NCBI RefSeq assembly: GCF_963921235.1
Contig: NC_086106.1
Span: 18,600,001 to 18,664,000 of the forward strand
DNA from: Mobula hypostoma
Lineage: Eukaryota
Length of the DNA: 64,000 nt
Direction of reading: 5' to 3'
Position numbers and translations under genes: made by a program. The notes beneath the pieces were generated by a model. It was given only the letters and a program-made list of their open reading frames with translations. It was not told where the DNA came from and ran no database searches. This document shows, in pieces, positions 1-12,290 of the stretch (position 1 is its first letter; every line of letters begins with the position of its first letter).

Positions 1-1710
1 TAAACATTTCATCTTTCATCCTTAATGCATGATCTCTAGTTGTGCACTCAGCCAACCTCAGCGGAAAAAGCCTACTTGCATTTATGCTGTCTATACCCCC
101 TGATAATTTTGTATATCACTATCAAATCTTCCCCCCAATCTTCTATGCTCCAAGGAATAAAGTCTTTACCTATGCAATCTTTCCTTATAACTCAAGTTCT
201 CCAGTCCTGGTAGCATACTTTTAAACTTTCTCTGTACTCTTTCAACCTTATTTACATCTTTCCAGTAGGTAAGTGACCAAAACTGCATATAATACTGCAA
301 ATTATGCCTCACCAATGTCTTGTACAACTTAAACATAACATCCACCTCCCAAGTAAATACAGATGCAAAAAAATCCATTGAAGATTTCCCCATCCCTTTT
401 GTCTCCATGCATAGATTACCATTCTGATCTTCGAGAGAACCAATTTTGTCCTTTGCAACCATTATGCTCTTAACGTATCTGTAGAATCCCTTAGGATTCT
501 CCTTCATTTTGTCTGCTCGGGCAACCTCGTCCATTCTTTTAGCCCTTCTTATTTCTTTTTAGGTATTTTCTTGCATTTTTTACACTCCATAAGTACCTCA
601 TTTGTTCATACCTGCCTATACCTGCTGTTCACTTCCTTTTTCTTCTTAATCAGGGCTTCACTATCTCTTGAAGACCAAGACTCCCTAAACCTGTCATCAT
701 TGCCTTTTATTCTGACAGGCACATACAAGCAATGTGCTCTCAAAATTTCACTTTTGAAGGCTTCTCACTTACCAAGTACACCTTTGCCAGAAAACAGCCT
801 GTCCCAATTCACGCTTACCAGATCCTTTCTGATACCATCAAAATTGGCCTTTCTCCAATTTAGAATCTGAACCTGGGAACCAGATCTATCTTTTTCCCTA
901 TTTATTTTGGAACTAATGGCATTATGATCAGTAGATGCAAAGTGTTCCCGTATACAATCTTCTGTCACCTGCCCTGTCTCATTCCTGAATAAGAAATCAA
1001 GTATTGCACACACTCTGTTGGAATTTCTGTGTACTGATTAATGAAACTTTCTTGAATACGTTTGATAGACTCCATCCCTTTTGTAGTCTGGATGTCCAAG
1101 TCAATATGTGGAAAGTTGAAATCACCTACTATCACCACCTTATTGTTTCTTGCAAAAGTCTGTGATCTCCCGACAAATTTGTACCTCTGAATCCTGCAGA
1201 CTGTTGGGTGGTCTATAATATAGCCCCATTAATGTGGTCATACCTTTCTTATTCCTCATTTCCACCCATAAAGCCTCACTAGAGGAGTTCTCCAGTCTCT
1301 CCTGACTGAACACTGCCGTGACGATTTCTCTGACTGGTTACACCATCCCTCCCCTCTTTAATCCCTCCTGCACTGACGTGTCTAAAACAATGGAACCCTG
1401 GAACATTGAGCTGCCAGTCCTGCCTCTCCTGCAACCAAGTCTCACTAATGACTACAATATCATAATTCCATGCGTTGATCTGTGACATGAGCTCATTTGG
1501 CTTTCCTACAATACTTCTTGCATTGAAATATACACAGCTCAAAACATTACTCACACCATGCTCAACTTTTTAATTCCTACCATCTGATTCCACAACCTCT
1601 CCACTATTTGTCCTAACACTCTGGTTCTCATCCCCTGTAACTCTAGTTTAACCGACCCCCACCCCCGCCATGCAGAATGAGCAACCTGCCCGTGAGGATA
1701 TTAGTCCCCT
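1..1710 (-). mobile_element. Degenerate CR1-clade LINE (endonuclease/RT fragments)
   Basis: Broken ORFs 1279-1554 (CVYFNARSI...YDIVVISETWLQ, APE-like), 765-1013 and 166-534 resemble CR1 ORF2; frameshifts and stops. Confidence 0.8.
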
Positions 1711-2129
1711 TCTGTACAAATGCAAACAGTCTGCCCTGACAAACAGATGTTTAACTGCGCCATTGCAACAGAACAGTTCCCAACAATGATATGTTTCGTT
1801 TAGTTAGCGACACACATGCACCAGATGAGGAGCAGCAATGTTAGTGGGGACAAGGAGCCCTCAAACAGTGATCCGACATCTTTGACACAAAGATATTGTC
1901 TGGTCAGTGGTTTCAACTCTCAACTCCTTGTCAGATAGCCGTAGGTTCTAATTTCTCTGACCATTAGTTGACAGCTGATCATTGGGACACCCTAAGTGGG
2001 AAGGGTTTAGATACCAGAGATACAAAGATTACTATTTCTCCCTGAGTGTGCGTCGTATGCCACGCTACATGTTGAAAGTTCCTTATTTCCCATCACCAAA
2101 TGTCACAACAAAGACATATTCATGTCATA

Positions 2130-2135
2130 TTTATT
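2130..2135 (-). terminator. Poly(A) signal of the long secreted IgW mRNA
   Basis: AATAAA on the minus strand ~295 nt after the C6 stop, followed by a GT-rich tract (tctttgttgtgac). Confidence 0.7.
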
Positions 2136-2429
2136 GAACTGGGATCGGTACATTGACACATACAAAGATTTAATACATTGTGCAGTCCCACACAGGGTTG
2201 AAATCCATTCAAATGTGGCACAGGAAGGTCTGAGAATGTACACACAAACTCAGAGATTTGTGCTGAATCATGTTTGTTGTTTAATTTGGTTCTTGACTTT
2301 AATTTCATTTTTAATTATTTTAAAAGGCCTCAGCTTTTATCATGTTTTAATCAGTTAAATAATCCTCTCTGATAATTAACAATCGTAAGACTAACAAAAC
2401 TAGAGTTTCATGGATTGAATCACACAGTA

Positions 2430-2815
2430 TTACACACAAGATTTAAAACTATCAGTCAGAACGAGTGAGACATTGACCAGGGTGGGTTTGCTGTGAGATT
2501 TATTGATGCTTCGGAACAGGTTGGTTGTGAACGACTCATGACCCACCACACAGGAGAAAGTGGTGCCGCTATTCCACTCCTCAGGAGAAACCTTCAGCTG
2601 ACTGGTCATTGTGTTCCAGCCATTCCTGGGGTCTTTGGTCACCGGCTGGTTCACAAACCCTGTCTTCAGAAGGGTGTCATTGGCCATCCAGGCCACATAG
2701 ATCTCTGCGGGAGAGAACTTGGTGACCAGACACATCAAGGTCACAGTCTGATCGGTGTCTACCTCATCCGATGAAGGGGGGAGGAGGTAGACATGAGGAC
2801 GAGTCACAACAGCAT
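2430..2815 (-). CDS. IgW: IgW terminal constant exon (C6) with secretory tailpiece
   Basis: Acceptor ttccag|AT, phase 1; DAVVTRPHVYLLPP...LMCLV...W...FSCVVGHE...KPTLVNVSLVLTDSFKSCV*; C1-set Cys/Trp/Cys; tailpiece with NVS sequon and penultimate Cys. Confidence 0.95.
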
Positions 2816-3465
2816 CTGGAACAGAGAGAATCTCAGTTAAAATGAATCTTCCAATAATTCCCTACTTACCCGGCACATTGTGGTCTTGTACCAACATGAA
2901 CAATTTCTGAATCTGAGAGGCTTCACTTGATCTGAAACTAAAGGCTTTTCCCTTTCTGCTCATTGTTGGGAGTTGTGGAGTGGAAATCTTAGACCTGCTG
3001 CATTTTACAACTTCCAGCGAGGTTAGTCTATTCAGTTAAATCAATGGGAGTCGCTGAACACAGTAACTCAACAGAAAGTGGAACTCAGCCCCTGGACTTG
3101 CATCATCCTGTGCTGTTTGTTCCATCTCCCCTGGAGCAGGGGTGGCAGTCTAAGCTGTGTACGTGTGAGAGGGAGTGAGAGCCTGTGGAACTCTCTCCCA
3201 CAGAAAGCACTTGAAGACATCATCTAATATATTCAAGAATGGGTTGTATATACTTCTTTGGGTGAATGGTTCAAAGGATATCTGGGGAAAACAGGAACAG
3301 GGATTGAATTTCGATGATCAGCCGAGATCAGATTGAATGGTTGAGCAGATCGAGAGACCCAATGGCCTGCTCCTGTTCACACTTTCTATAGTCTATCACA
3401 GTGCTGGATTTTGATAAATCTGTCAAATTGCTATCAGACTCACACTGAATTCTGTCCACACGTAC

Positions 3466-3786
3466 CTGTGTTCTTCCTGATTGATTCCTTCACCGGTGTT
3501 GGCAAACTCTTGTCCTGTATCACACACGAGTACTCAGCCCCACTGTTCCACTCTGCAGCAGGGACTGTCAGTCTGCTGGTGATTATGTCTTCACCTCCGT
3601 TACCGTCTGGACCCAGAGTCCTCACCCCATCTTCCCTCTTCCTTCCGTCCACTTGCCAGGTTACAGTGAATCCCTGTAAATCACGGTGAACCACCTCACA
3701 CAGAATGGTCGCTGTCCTCTTTGTCCAGATCTCTTCGAAGGGAGGTTTGCTTAAAGTCACTGAGGGGCGGGTATCTGAACAGTCAT
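3466..3786 (-). CDS. IgW: IgW constant exon C5 (intact)
   Basis: ctcccag|AT GAC TGT ... AAC ACA G|gtacgt; 321 nt, phase 1/1; DDCSDTRPSVTLSKPPFEEIW...ILCEVV...W...YSCVIQ. Confidence 0.95.
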
Positions 3787-4646
3787 CTGGGAGAAACATC
3801 ACAATTATTATTTCACCATTCCCCAATGGATGAGTTTGTCACTGACAAGACCAGCATTTCCTGTTCATCTCTGGTCAATGATTTGCCAGTCCCATCAAGA
3901 TGAGATGAGACCAATCTACGTTGGTGAAGAAAGGAACCTCCCTTATTGAGCGGACAGGGTAAACACCCTGAGGGAGCGTGAATGAACAAGATCGACCCTT
4001 AGATTGTTTTTGTAGTTCCATGGTCACTTAAAGTGTTACCAGCAACTTATTAAAACAAATACAGAAAATATGCAGTCTTTCAGAGAGTGTCTGTGGAACA
4101 GAAAACAGAGCAAAGTTTTCCATAAAAATATTGCAGAAAATACACTTCATATTTCAAAAATTTAAGTATGAGAAATATTTAGTTTCAGTCACAAATATGA
4201 AAAAGCACTCTTTTTCTCTATTAGGTGTACCAAAAATTTGCTGCTGCTTTGTCAGAATGGTGTGTGTTCAGGCCGCCCTCCAGAGGCTTCTACACATTGT
4301 CCAGGCTGACTATTCCCACACAGGAGCAGAGGGAGAGCTGCTCTGCTGGAAATTCAGTCACATCTGAGGCACGAATCAGAGGCTGGGATTAGGTTCAAAG
4401 GCAGAGGGAGAGAACATTTTGAAGACAAGTATCAGGGATCTCTAGAGTACCTGCCCAATGAAATGATCTGGATTCCCCTCAAGTTGTTAAAACATTTTCT
4501 TAATACAATTATTTCTGTGGTGAAGTTCTGAACGATGTCGGTTGAGAGCAGAAAACAAACAATAATTGGCCGATTTAAGTGCCAAGAGAGATTAAAAAGG
4601 TGAAGACGTTGAGGCTCAGGCAATGGAAGTTCCGGTATTCAGCTCA

Positions 4647-5005
4647 CTTCTCGATGTGGCTTCACTCGCCTCAGCACTGAACTGACTCTGCAGCTGCGGC
4701 CTGCAGCCATCGGCACTCACCTCAGCACTGAGCCTGGCTCCACGGCCGTGGCCTGCAGCCATCGGTCTCCTGCACCGGTTGCAGTGCTGAACTGGCAACG
4801 TGGCTGTGGATTTGTTTGAATTTTTTTATTGTTTACACAATTTGTTCTTTCCTTTTCACACATTGGATGTTTGACTCTGTATTCTATTGTGTTTCTTTGT
4901 TTTGTGGCTGCCTGCAAGAAGAGAATCTCAAGGTTGTATCTGCCTGCAAGAAGAGAATCTCAAGGTGCACATACTTTGATAATAAATGTACTCTGTACTT
5001 TGAAA
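4647..5005 (+). mobile_element. Non-autonomous retroposon with Rex1/Babar-type 3' tail (unit 5 copy)
   Basis: Ends in actttgataataaatgtactctgtactttga, like the tail of the LINE at ~49800; same element follows each C4 copy; 5' edge uncertain. Confidence 0.6.
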
Positions 5006-5119
5006 TTTATCAGTTCACTCACATAACTAAACCAGGGCTGCACCATGATTCAGTGCTGACCTTGAATTAATAGCACAATGTAAACAATTTCAATAATGGG
5101 GTGGGTCTCAGGAACCTAC

Positions 5120-5437
5120 CTTGGACATTCTTCACTTGCTTCTTGATACGGGTGTTGGATGGGGGATGAATCACTGTACAGCTGAAGACTGATTCTGACT
5201 TCCACTCCTGTAAACTCACGGTCAGGAAGTGTCTGGCACTGAAAGTCCACTCCTGCTCCAGAGCGGTCGGTGTAGCGCTGGTGTTGGAGGTGATCACGGT
5301 GCTGTCTTTCTCCCAGGTGACACTTATTTCATCTGGGTAGAATCCAGAGACCACACACTCCAGTGTGGCTGTTTTCCTATTCTTGGTCTCTTCCTGAGCT
5401 GGAGGCAGCAGACTGACTTTGGGACTTTTTATCTCAA
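5120..5437 (-). CDS. IgW: IgW C4-type exon, unit 5
   Basis: ctccag|TT GAG ... GTC CAA G|gtaggt; 318 nt, open; VEIKSPKVSLLPP...LECVVSGFYP...W...FSCTVIH. Confidence 0.93.
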
Positions 5438-5525
5438 CTGGAGTAGACAAGAAAATAAAGGAAATGTCAAACATTTTGACTCAGGTAACTAATGCTGGCC
5501 ATTTAATCGTTGGTCTCTTGCCCAC

Positions 5526-5828
5526 CTTTGGTACTATTGGTCCGTGCTGACACTGGGGAAGATGAAGGAGATTCCTGAGCAGAGCACTCGTACTCCACCC
5601 CACTGAACCACTCCTCCACACTGATCTGGAGTTCACTGAGCACTTTGTAACGGGACCCGTCCCTCTCCGCTTTGTGGGTGAGAATTCCTTTAGTTTTCTC
5701 CTTCCCGCCCACGTGCCAAGAGATGTGGATATCTTCGGGATCTGTACAGATAATTGTACACTTCACGGTAGCAGTCTTGTCGATCCACATCTTTTCAATG
5801 TCGGGATTTTGAATAAAGACACACAATT
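5526..5828 (-). CDS. IgW: IgW C3-type exon, unit 5
   Basis: ccacag|AA TTG ... ACC AAA G|gtgggc; 303 nt, open; ELCVFIQNPDIEKMW...VKCTIIC...W...YECSAQ. Confidence 0.92.
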
Positions 5829-6822
5829 CTGTGGGTTAGAAATGGAAATGCTCAGAATCTTACTGGAGATATTTCCATTGGTTGTGTTAGGTCCAGGAAT
5901 ATCATCAGTACTTGACAGCTGCATTTAATGCAAACAGAATAACAGAAACACCCAGGGCTGAATCATATTCCTATAAGTTTTGATTGAGAGAAGAAATTCA
6001 GAACAAAGGATGTGCTAACGAGGTTTCGAATCCCTTTCTAATAACTGTACCAATCGGTTCACTGTGAGACGGAGCTCTGTGAGACAGAGAAGCATGCAGA
6101 TTTCTCAGCAGAGACACAGCTCAGTAGATTCTATGCTTGGAGACTCAGTGCCATTGATTAGTAACAATGAACACTGTGAATCAATGCAAATCCCTTTCTC
6201 CATCTGGCCTGAGCCTGGGGTTCACTCAGTTTAATAACTTCACATCCCGACATTCCAGTCTCACTGTGGCTGCACCTCTCCTCATCTCTGCAACCTTCAC
6301 AACTCATACAAACTTCAGAAACCATCATATTCTTTCAACTCTGCTCACTCATACACCTGCACTACTTCTGCTGGTGCCTGTGGTTTTAGCATTCTTGCTG
6401 ACAAACACTGAAACCTCTGTCTCACTTGAAATGAGCAGCCATGGTCAGAGTGTATCCATAAGTTAGGGACTGATGAACTGGCAAATGGTTTCAAGTCCCA
6501 ACCCGGTGGATGGGAGTTTAAATTCAATTCATCAATGCTTTTTGGAATAAAATGAAGACTCTGGAAGAATTTGTAGTGATATTTGCTGTGGTAACTTCTG
6601 AAAAGAAATCTCATCTGGGCTGACTGCTATGTGATTCCAGACCTGCAGCAATACAGCTGAACCTGAATCACCATCAGGAATGAGCCAGCAAGTCCCACCG
6701 TTCGAGAGCAATCAGTGATTGATAGGAAATGGTAAATTAAATAAATAGCCCTTTGTTCAGGTTAGTGTCACTTTTGTGTGATTACACTCAAGTGAAGTTG
6801 TTGAGGTCGTCTCCCAATGCAC

Positions 6823-7440
6823 TGTTGGCCAGAAAGAACTACCATCTCTAGATCAGTGAATTTGGACCAGGGATCATTTCCAAATAAGAAGACACATGCG
6901 AGATGTCCTTTGGTTGGATATAACATGCAGGTCTGTGACTGTTGGGGTCTGTCTCTGCCTTGTGTGATCAAGCTGATTGCCGATTGAGAACAAAGAGCCA
7001 TAGATTATTAGATGTCATTCCTCGATCAGAGCCAATAAGAAGGTGTTAGAGGTCAATCAGGTGACTATAGCCAATATCACTGGAATGTAACATTTGAATT
7101 AGTAAGGAATGAATTTAAAAGCAGGTGCTTCAAGTGTGCTGGCAGCAGTGGCTCTGTAGGAGATTCACTATCGTGGATATGAGGTGCCTCACGGATGTGG
7201 AGATTCAAAACGGGGCACCAAGGAACACGTGGCTAGCAGTAAAGTCTCCTTTTTAACTGGTATAATCTTTTTAATATTTGACTGTTCATGGAAGGTCAGG
7301 GAAACTCAGCAGGTGTGCACACAGGTATTGGTTGTGTAAGTTCACATGTTCTTGCATTGAGACAATAAAGGTATTTGTCGGTAAATCCAATTCTCTCTGT
7401 GCCTCCCTGATCATTATTACAAGAGGTGATATTTGTAACA
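6823..7440 (+). mobile_element. Solo LTR (618 bp), antisense to IgW
   Basis: TGTT...AACA termini; 4-bp near-TSD gcac/tcac; empty site in the paralog at ~21570; CCAAT motifs, TTTAAAA and AATAAA (7364-7369) on +. Confidence 0.75.
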
Positions 7441-8469
7441 TCACCATCATCTGTTCACTTACATTGCAGCTCTCTGCACTTTGTGTTCACCATTTACACA
7501 CTTGGTCACCTTCAGGCATGTGGGATGTTTTTGCTCTTTGACATTTAGTGTGGAGCTGATTGTGTTTGTGTCACAGTTGAGACCTTCAATGAGACTGTGA
7601 GTCAGTGTCTTTGTCTGAAGAAAGAGCAGATGTAACACACACGGTTCCAGTCTGACTGGGACGGATCATCTGACAAAGTATGATGTGTATTTCTCAACAT
7701 TCCTCATTTCATAAAGATTATGAGCAATTTTCTTTTAAAACAGAAAATCTGTGGGTGTAGTCTAGATGATCATTGTTGTCGTGTAATATCATAAATATGC
7801 AAACCTAGGTGTACACTGAAGGGTTACTGAATTATGAACCTCAGTTTAATCAGCACTGTGATGTTGTTAAGCATGTTTTCTGCAGTTTTCTCAGTTGTGT
7901 CCAATATCAGCACAGTCTTGAGGTTCAGCAGTCCCTGGGAAATGTGATCCCCACATAAAACCTGACAGAGGCAGGATCGCTCCCCTTATTGCTGAATGCT
8001 GGCATTATTCCACAAGAAGCATATAATTCTATCAATGCTTGGGTAGTTATAACAAAACATTCTCCTTTCTGACATTCCTTGGGATCACTGAGTTTTCCTC
8101 TTGGACTGAATTCAGTGTCCGGCACGTGGATCAATGTAACTTTAGCAATTTGTCTGGTCCAGGATTTACACACAGAGCATGCCAGATTGGACAGGAGACT
8201 GGTCGGACCCCAGTGTCTTGTCTCACCAATTTGTCTTGTGCACAACATTTTCAAAGGGTCATGGTCCTTTGACTGAGCAAATTTGGAATTTCAGCCCTGT
8301 TCACCTTCATCACCTCATGCCTCACAGCCATTGGGTGAAAAACAGGTTCCAGTTCTTGCTGACTGGAGTCAGACGGGAGGGAATCTGGCCAAGGAAACTG
8401 GAATTGGGATCTGAGTCACACTGAAGCAACAATGTACACAAATGAATGAGTGTATGGACAACCAGAAAC

Positions 8470-9085
8470 ACAAGAGATTCTACAGATGCTGGAAATCTTG
8501 AACAACACACACAAAGCGCTGGAGGAACTTGTCAAGTCAAGGCAGCATCTATGGAGGAGAATGAGCTGCTGATCTTTCAGACCAAGTGGCTTCACCGGTA
8601 CTGGAAAGGAAGTGGGCAGAAGCCAGAGTAAGAAGGTGGGTGGAGTAGAAAGGAATACATTCTGTCAGATGAGAGGTGAGACCAGGTGAGGGGGAAAGTG
8701 TGTGGACGGGGGAGGCAGTATGAAGTAAGAAGCTGGTAGGGATAAGTGGAAGAGATAAATGGCTGAAGCAGAAGGAGTCTGACAGGATAGTGGACCATGG
8801 AGGAAAGTGCAGGAGGAAGGGAACCAAATGGAGATGATGGGCAGGTGAGGAGAACTGAATGAATGAGGGTGTATCTAGTATGGGAATGAGAAAAAAATGG
8901 GAGAATAAAGGAGCGGGGTGGATACTGCTGGAAGTTGCAGAAATAAGTATTCGTGCCATCAGGTAGGCAGGTATCTGGATGGAATATGAGGTCCTGACTT
9001 TGGCCTCACCCTGGCAGTAGAGAAGGAAATGGACAGACATGTCAGAATGGGAATGGGAAGTCAAATTGAAATAGCTGGTCACAAG
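8470..9085 (-). mobile_element. Penelope-like element fragment
   Basis: ORF 8549-9082 begins with the degenerate endonuclease tail (FNLTSHSHSDMSVH); terminal acacacacaaa..gctggaggaact motif; paralog at ~22600-23180. Confidence 0.6.
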
Positions 9086-9253
9086 GATATTGAAAAGTCA
9101 AATTGAAATGTGGAGGGGAGAGGTAGTCATTTTAAATAACGTATTTTCATCACTGTCTGTGAAACTTCCATCCCAATGGATACCAGAGGCAGGTCTGGAA
9201 TCCAGTAAGTGGATTGTAAAAGAATTCATTGATGAATTGTATATACAGCCAAT

Positions 9254-9380
9254 CACTTTATTTCACACTTTCCTGCTGAACAATGATACTGTTGGATAGA
9301 ACCATCGGAGAATGTTGCATTGAGATTACTCTGGTAAAAGAACATTGGCACAGGCTCCGAAAAGCAGCTGGGACATTTTC
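9254..9380 (-). pseudogene. 5'-truncated duplicate of the short secretory-tail exon
   Basis: KCPSCFSEPVPMFFYQSNLNATFSDGSIQQYHCSAGKCEIK* is open, but there is no in-phase AG acceptor upstream. Confidence 0.75.
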
Positions 9381-9619
9381 TCATCATGTCAGCAGAGGAG
9401 GCCATCGACAGACATGTCAGAATGGGACTGGGAAGTCAAATTGAAATAGATGGCCATGAGGATATTGGAAAGTCAAATTGAATTTTGGAGGGGAGAGACA
9501 GTTTAAATCATGCGTTTTCTTCTCTATCAAATGTCCATTCCAAAGGATTCCAGTGGCAGGTCTGGAACCCTGTAAATGGATTGTAATGAAATTCATTGAC
9601 GAATTTTATAGAGAACCAA

Positions 9620-9750
9620 TCACTTTATTTCACACTTTCCTGCCGAACAATGGTACTGTCGGGTAGAACCATCTGAGAATGTTGCATTGAGATTACTCTG
9701 GTAAAAGAACATTGGCACACTCTCTGAAAAACAGCGGGGACAATCTCCAC
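9620..9750 (-). CDS. IgW: Cys-rich short-form secretory tail exon, intact, downstream of unit-4 C4
   Basis: tatttccag|GT GGA, phase 1; GGDCPRCFSESVPMFFYQSNLNATFSDGSTRQYHCSAGKCEIK*; four Cys; AATAAA overlaps the last codons (9624-9629). Matches my recollection of the IgW short-form tail. Confidence 0.82.
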
Positions 9751-10280
9751 CTGGAAATAGAAAATTCATTAATGTCAGCATTAAATATTTTCACCTCTTT
9801 TCCTGTGCTTGGAAAAAAGAGAGCCCCACATATTCCCACTCTCTATTCTCTGTATTGCATCCTATTGGGATGAGGTTGTGTCAGCCATGATAAATGAATG
9901 TGCTCTCTGAACCTGGCCGAGGATCTGAGGACACAAGATCACAATATTCACTCGAGGATTGGGCATCAATTCAAAAATAATCCAGGCACCGACATTTCAG
10001 TGAGTGGACAATCAACAGAAGAGTCTCTCAGGAAACACTGGAAACAAGACTCTGGGGACTGAAGCAAATACAAAATTGCAATGATATGTTTTTGAGGAAC
10101 TGACACTGAAGAGACAGTGAAAAGGGAAAATGGAGATTTTCTCCAGATAGCAAAGCATGGGCGTGAGCTTTGCTCACTAACTTATTTTCATTATAACTGC
10201 AGAGATAACTAAAATTATTGAGACAGAATGGACAGGTGACCTAATCTTACACCTTTCCTGCCCAGTAGATGGGGTTAAAA

Positions 10281-10655
10281 CTTCTCGATGAGGCTTCACT
10301 CGCCTCAACACTGAACTGACTCTGCGGCTGCGGCCTGCAGCCATCGGCACTCACCTCAGCACTGAGCCTGGCTCCACGGCCGTGGCCTGCAGCCATCGGT
10401 CTCCTGCACCGGTTGCAGTGCTGAACTGGCAACGTGGCTGTGGATTTACTTCAGGGGGCTCTGCGGTTCAGTTTCTGTGGATTGTTTGTTTGAATTTTTT
10501 TATTGTTTGCACAATTTGTTTTTTTCACACATTGGATGTTTGACTCTGAATTCTATTGTATTTCGTTGTTTTGTGGCTGCCTACAAGAAGAGAATCTCAA
10601 GGTTGCATATGGTGCACATACTTTGATAATAAATGTACTTTGTACTTTGAACTTT
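10281..10655 (+). mobile_element. Non-autonomous retroposon (unit 4 copy), left edge at a duplication junction
   Basis: Same element as 4647-5005; flank switches to C2-intron sequence at ~10280. Confidence 0.6.
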
Positions 10656-10766
10656 AATAGTTCACTCACATAACTAAACCAGGACTGCACCGTGATTCAG
10701 TGTTGACCTTAAATTCATTGCACAATGTAAACAATTTCAATAATGGGTTGAGTCCCAGGACCCTAC

Positions 10767-11084
10767 CTTGGACGTACTCCACTTGCTTCTTGATATGGGT
10801 GTTGGAAGGGGGATGAGTCACTGTACAGCTGAAGACTGATTCTGTCTTCCAATCCTGTAAACTCACGGTCAGGAAGTGTCTGACACTGAAAGTCCACCCC
10901 TGCTCCAGAGCGGTCGGTGTAGCGCTGGTGTTGGAGGTGATCATGGTGTTCCCTTTCTCCCAGATGACATTTATTTGGTCTGGGTAGAATCCAGAGACCA
11001 CACACTCCAGTGTGGCCGTTTTCCAATTCTTCATCTCTTCCTGAGCTGGAGGCAGCAGAGTGACCTTGGGACTTCTTATCATGA
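10767..11084 (-). CDS. IgW: IgW C4-type exon, unit 4
   Basis: ttccag|TC ATG ... GTC CAA G|gtaggg; 318 nt, open. Confidence 0.93.
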
Positions 11085-11172
11085 CTGGAATAGAAAAGAA
11101 AACAAAGGAAATGTCAAACATTTTGACTCAGGTAACTAATGCTGGCCATTTAATCGCTGGTCTTTTACCCAC

Positions 11173-11475
11173 CTTTGGTACTATTGGTCCGTGCTGACAC
11201 TGGGGAAGATGAAGGAGATTCCTGAGCAGAGCACTCGTATTCCACCCCACTGAACCACTCCTCCACACTGATCTGGAGTTCGCTGAGGACTCTGTATCGA
11301 GCTCCGTCCATCTGCGGTGGTTGTTCGACAATTCCTTTAGTTTTCTCCTTCCTGCCAACATGCCAAGAGATGTGGATATCTTCGGGATCTGTACAGATAA
11401 CTGTGCACTTCACCGTAGCGGTCCTGTGGATCCACATCTCTTCAATGTTGGGATTTTGAATAAAGACAGACAATT
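11173..11475 (-). CDS. IgW: IgW C3-type exon, unit 4
   Basis: tcacag|AA TTG ... ACC AAA G|gtgggt; 303 nt, open. Confidence 0.92.
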
Positions 11476-11617
11476 CTGTGAATTAGAAATGGAAATGCTC
11501 AGAATCTTACTGGAGATATTTCCATTGGTTGTGTTAGGTCGAGGCAGATCATCAGTACTTGACAGCTGCATTTAATGCAAACAGAATAACAGAAACACCC
11601 AGGGCTGAATCACTTGG

Positions 11618-11834
11618 CAGTCTGCTGGTGATCATGTCTTCACCTCTGTTGCTGACTGGACCCAGAGTCCTCACCCCATCTTCCCTCTTCCTCTGTCCAC
11701 CTGCTGGGTTACTCAGAATCCCTGTAAATCACTGTGAACCACCTCATACAGAATGGCTGTTGTCCTCTTCGTCCAGGTCTCTTTGAATGAAGGCTTACTT
11801 AAAGTGACTGAGGGGCAGGTATCTGAACAGTCAT
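11618..11834 (-). pseudogene. Truncated pseudo-C5 exon
   Basis: Acceptor AG>GG; first Cys>Tyr; in-frame TGA; homology stops after ITSRL, so the second Cys and donor are missing. Confidence 0.9.
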
Positions 11835-12290
11835 CCGGGAGAAATTATTATTTCACCATTCCCCATTGGCTGACTTTGTCACTGACAAGACCAGCATTTC
11901 CTGTTCATCTCTGGTCAACGATATGCCAGTCCCAAGAAGATGAGATGAGAATAATGTACATTGGTGAAGAAATGAATCTCCCCTGTTGAGCAGACAGGGT
12001 AAACACCCTGAGGGAAAGTAAATGAACAAGATTGGCTGTCACATTGTTTTTTCAGTTTCATGGTGACTAAACTGTTACCAGACACTTTTTAAAACAAATA
12101 CAGAAAATACCCAGCATTTCAGTGTGTGTCTGTGGAAATGGAAAAGGAGTAAATTTCATGTAAAAAATTCCACAAAATTCACTTCTTATTTCAAGTTTTA
12201 AGTATGAGAAATATTTAGTTTTTGTTACAAATATTAAAATGCACTTTTTTTCTCTATTAGGTGTAAGTAAAATTTGCTGCTGCTTTGTCA

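Larger units (their letters stand above)
5950..10279 (-). repeat. Duplicate of the C2-to-C3 intron (paralog of ~20680-23919)
   Basis: Colinear similarity along the block (e.g. 8421-8520 vs 22521-22640, 9900-10279 vs 23530-23919), apart from an LTR insertion and a local tail-exon duplication. Confidence 0.9.

Noticed and set aside
2499-2504. AATAAA inside the C6 coding sequence
   Set aside because: It encodes I-N-K before the stop; a better signal with a GT-rich downstream element lies at 2130-2135.
4616-4798. Repeated small ORF MPVQHCNRCRR (also 10247 and 16926)
   Set aside because: Antisense reading of the duplicated retroposon; length and ends vary between copies.
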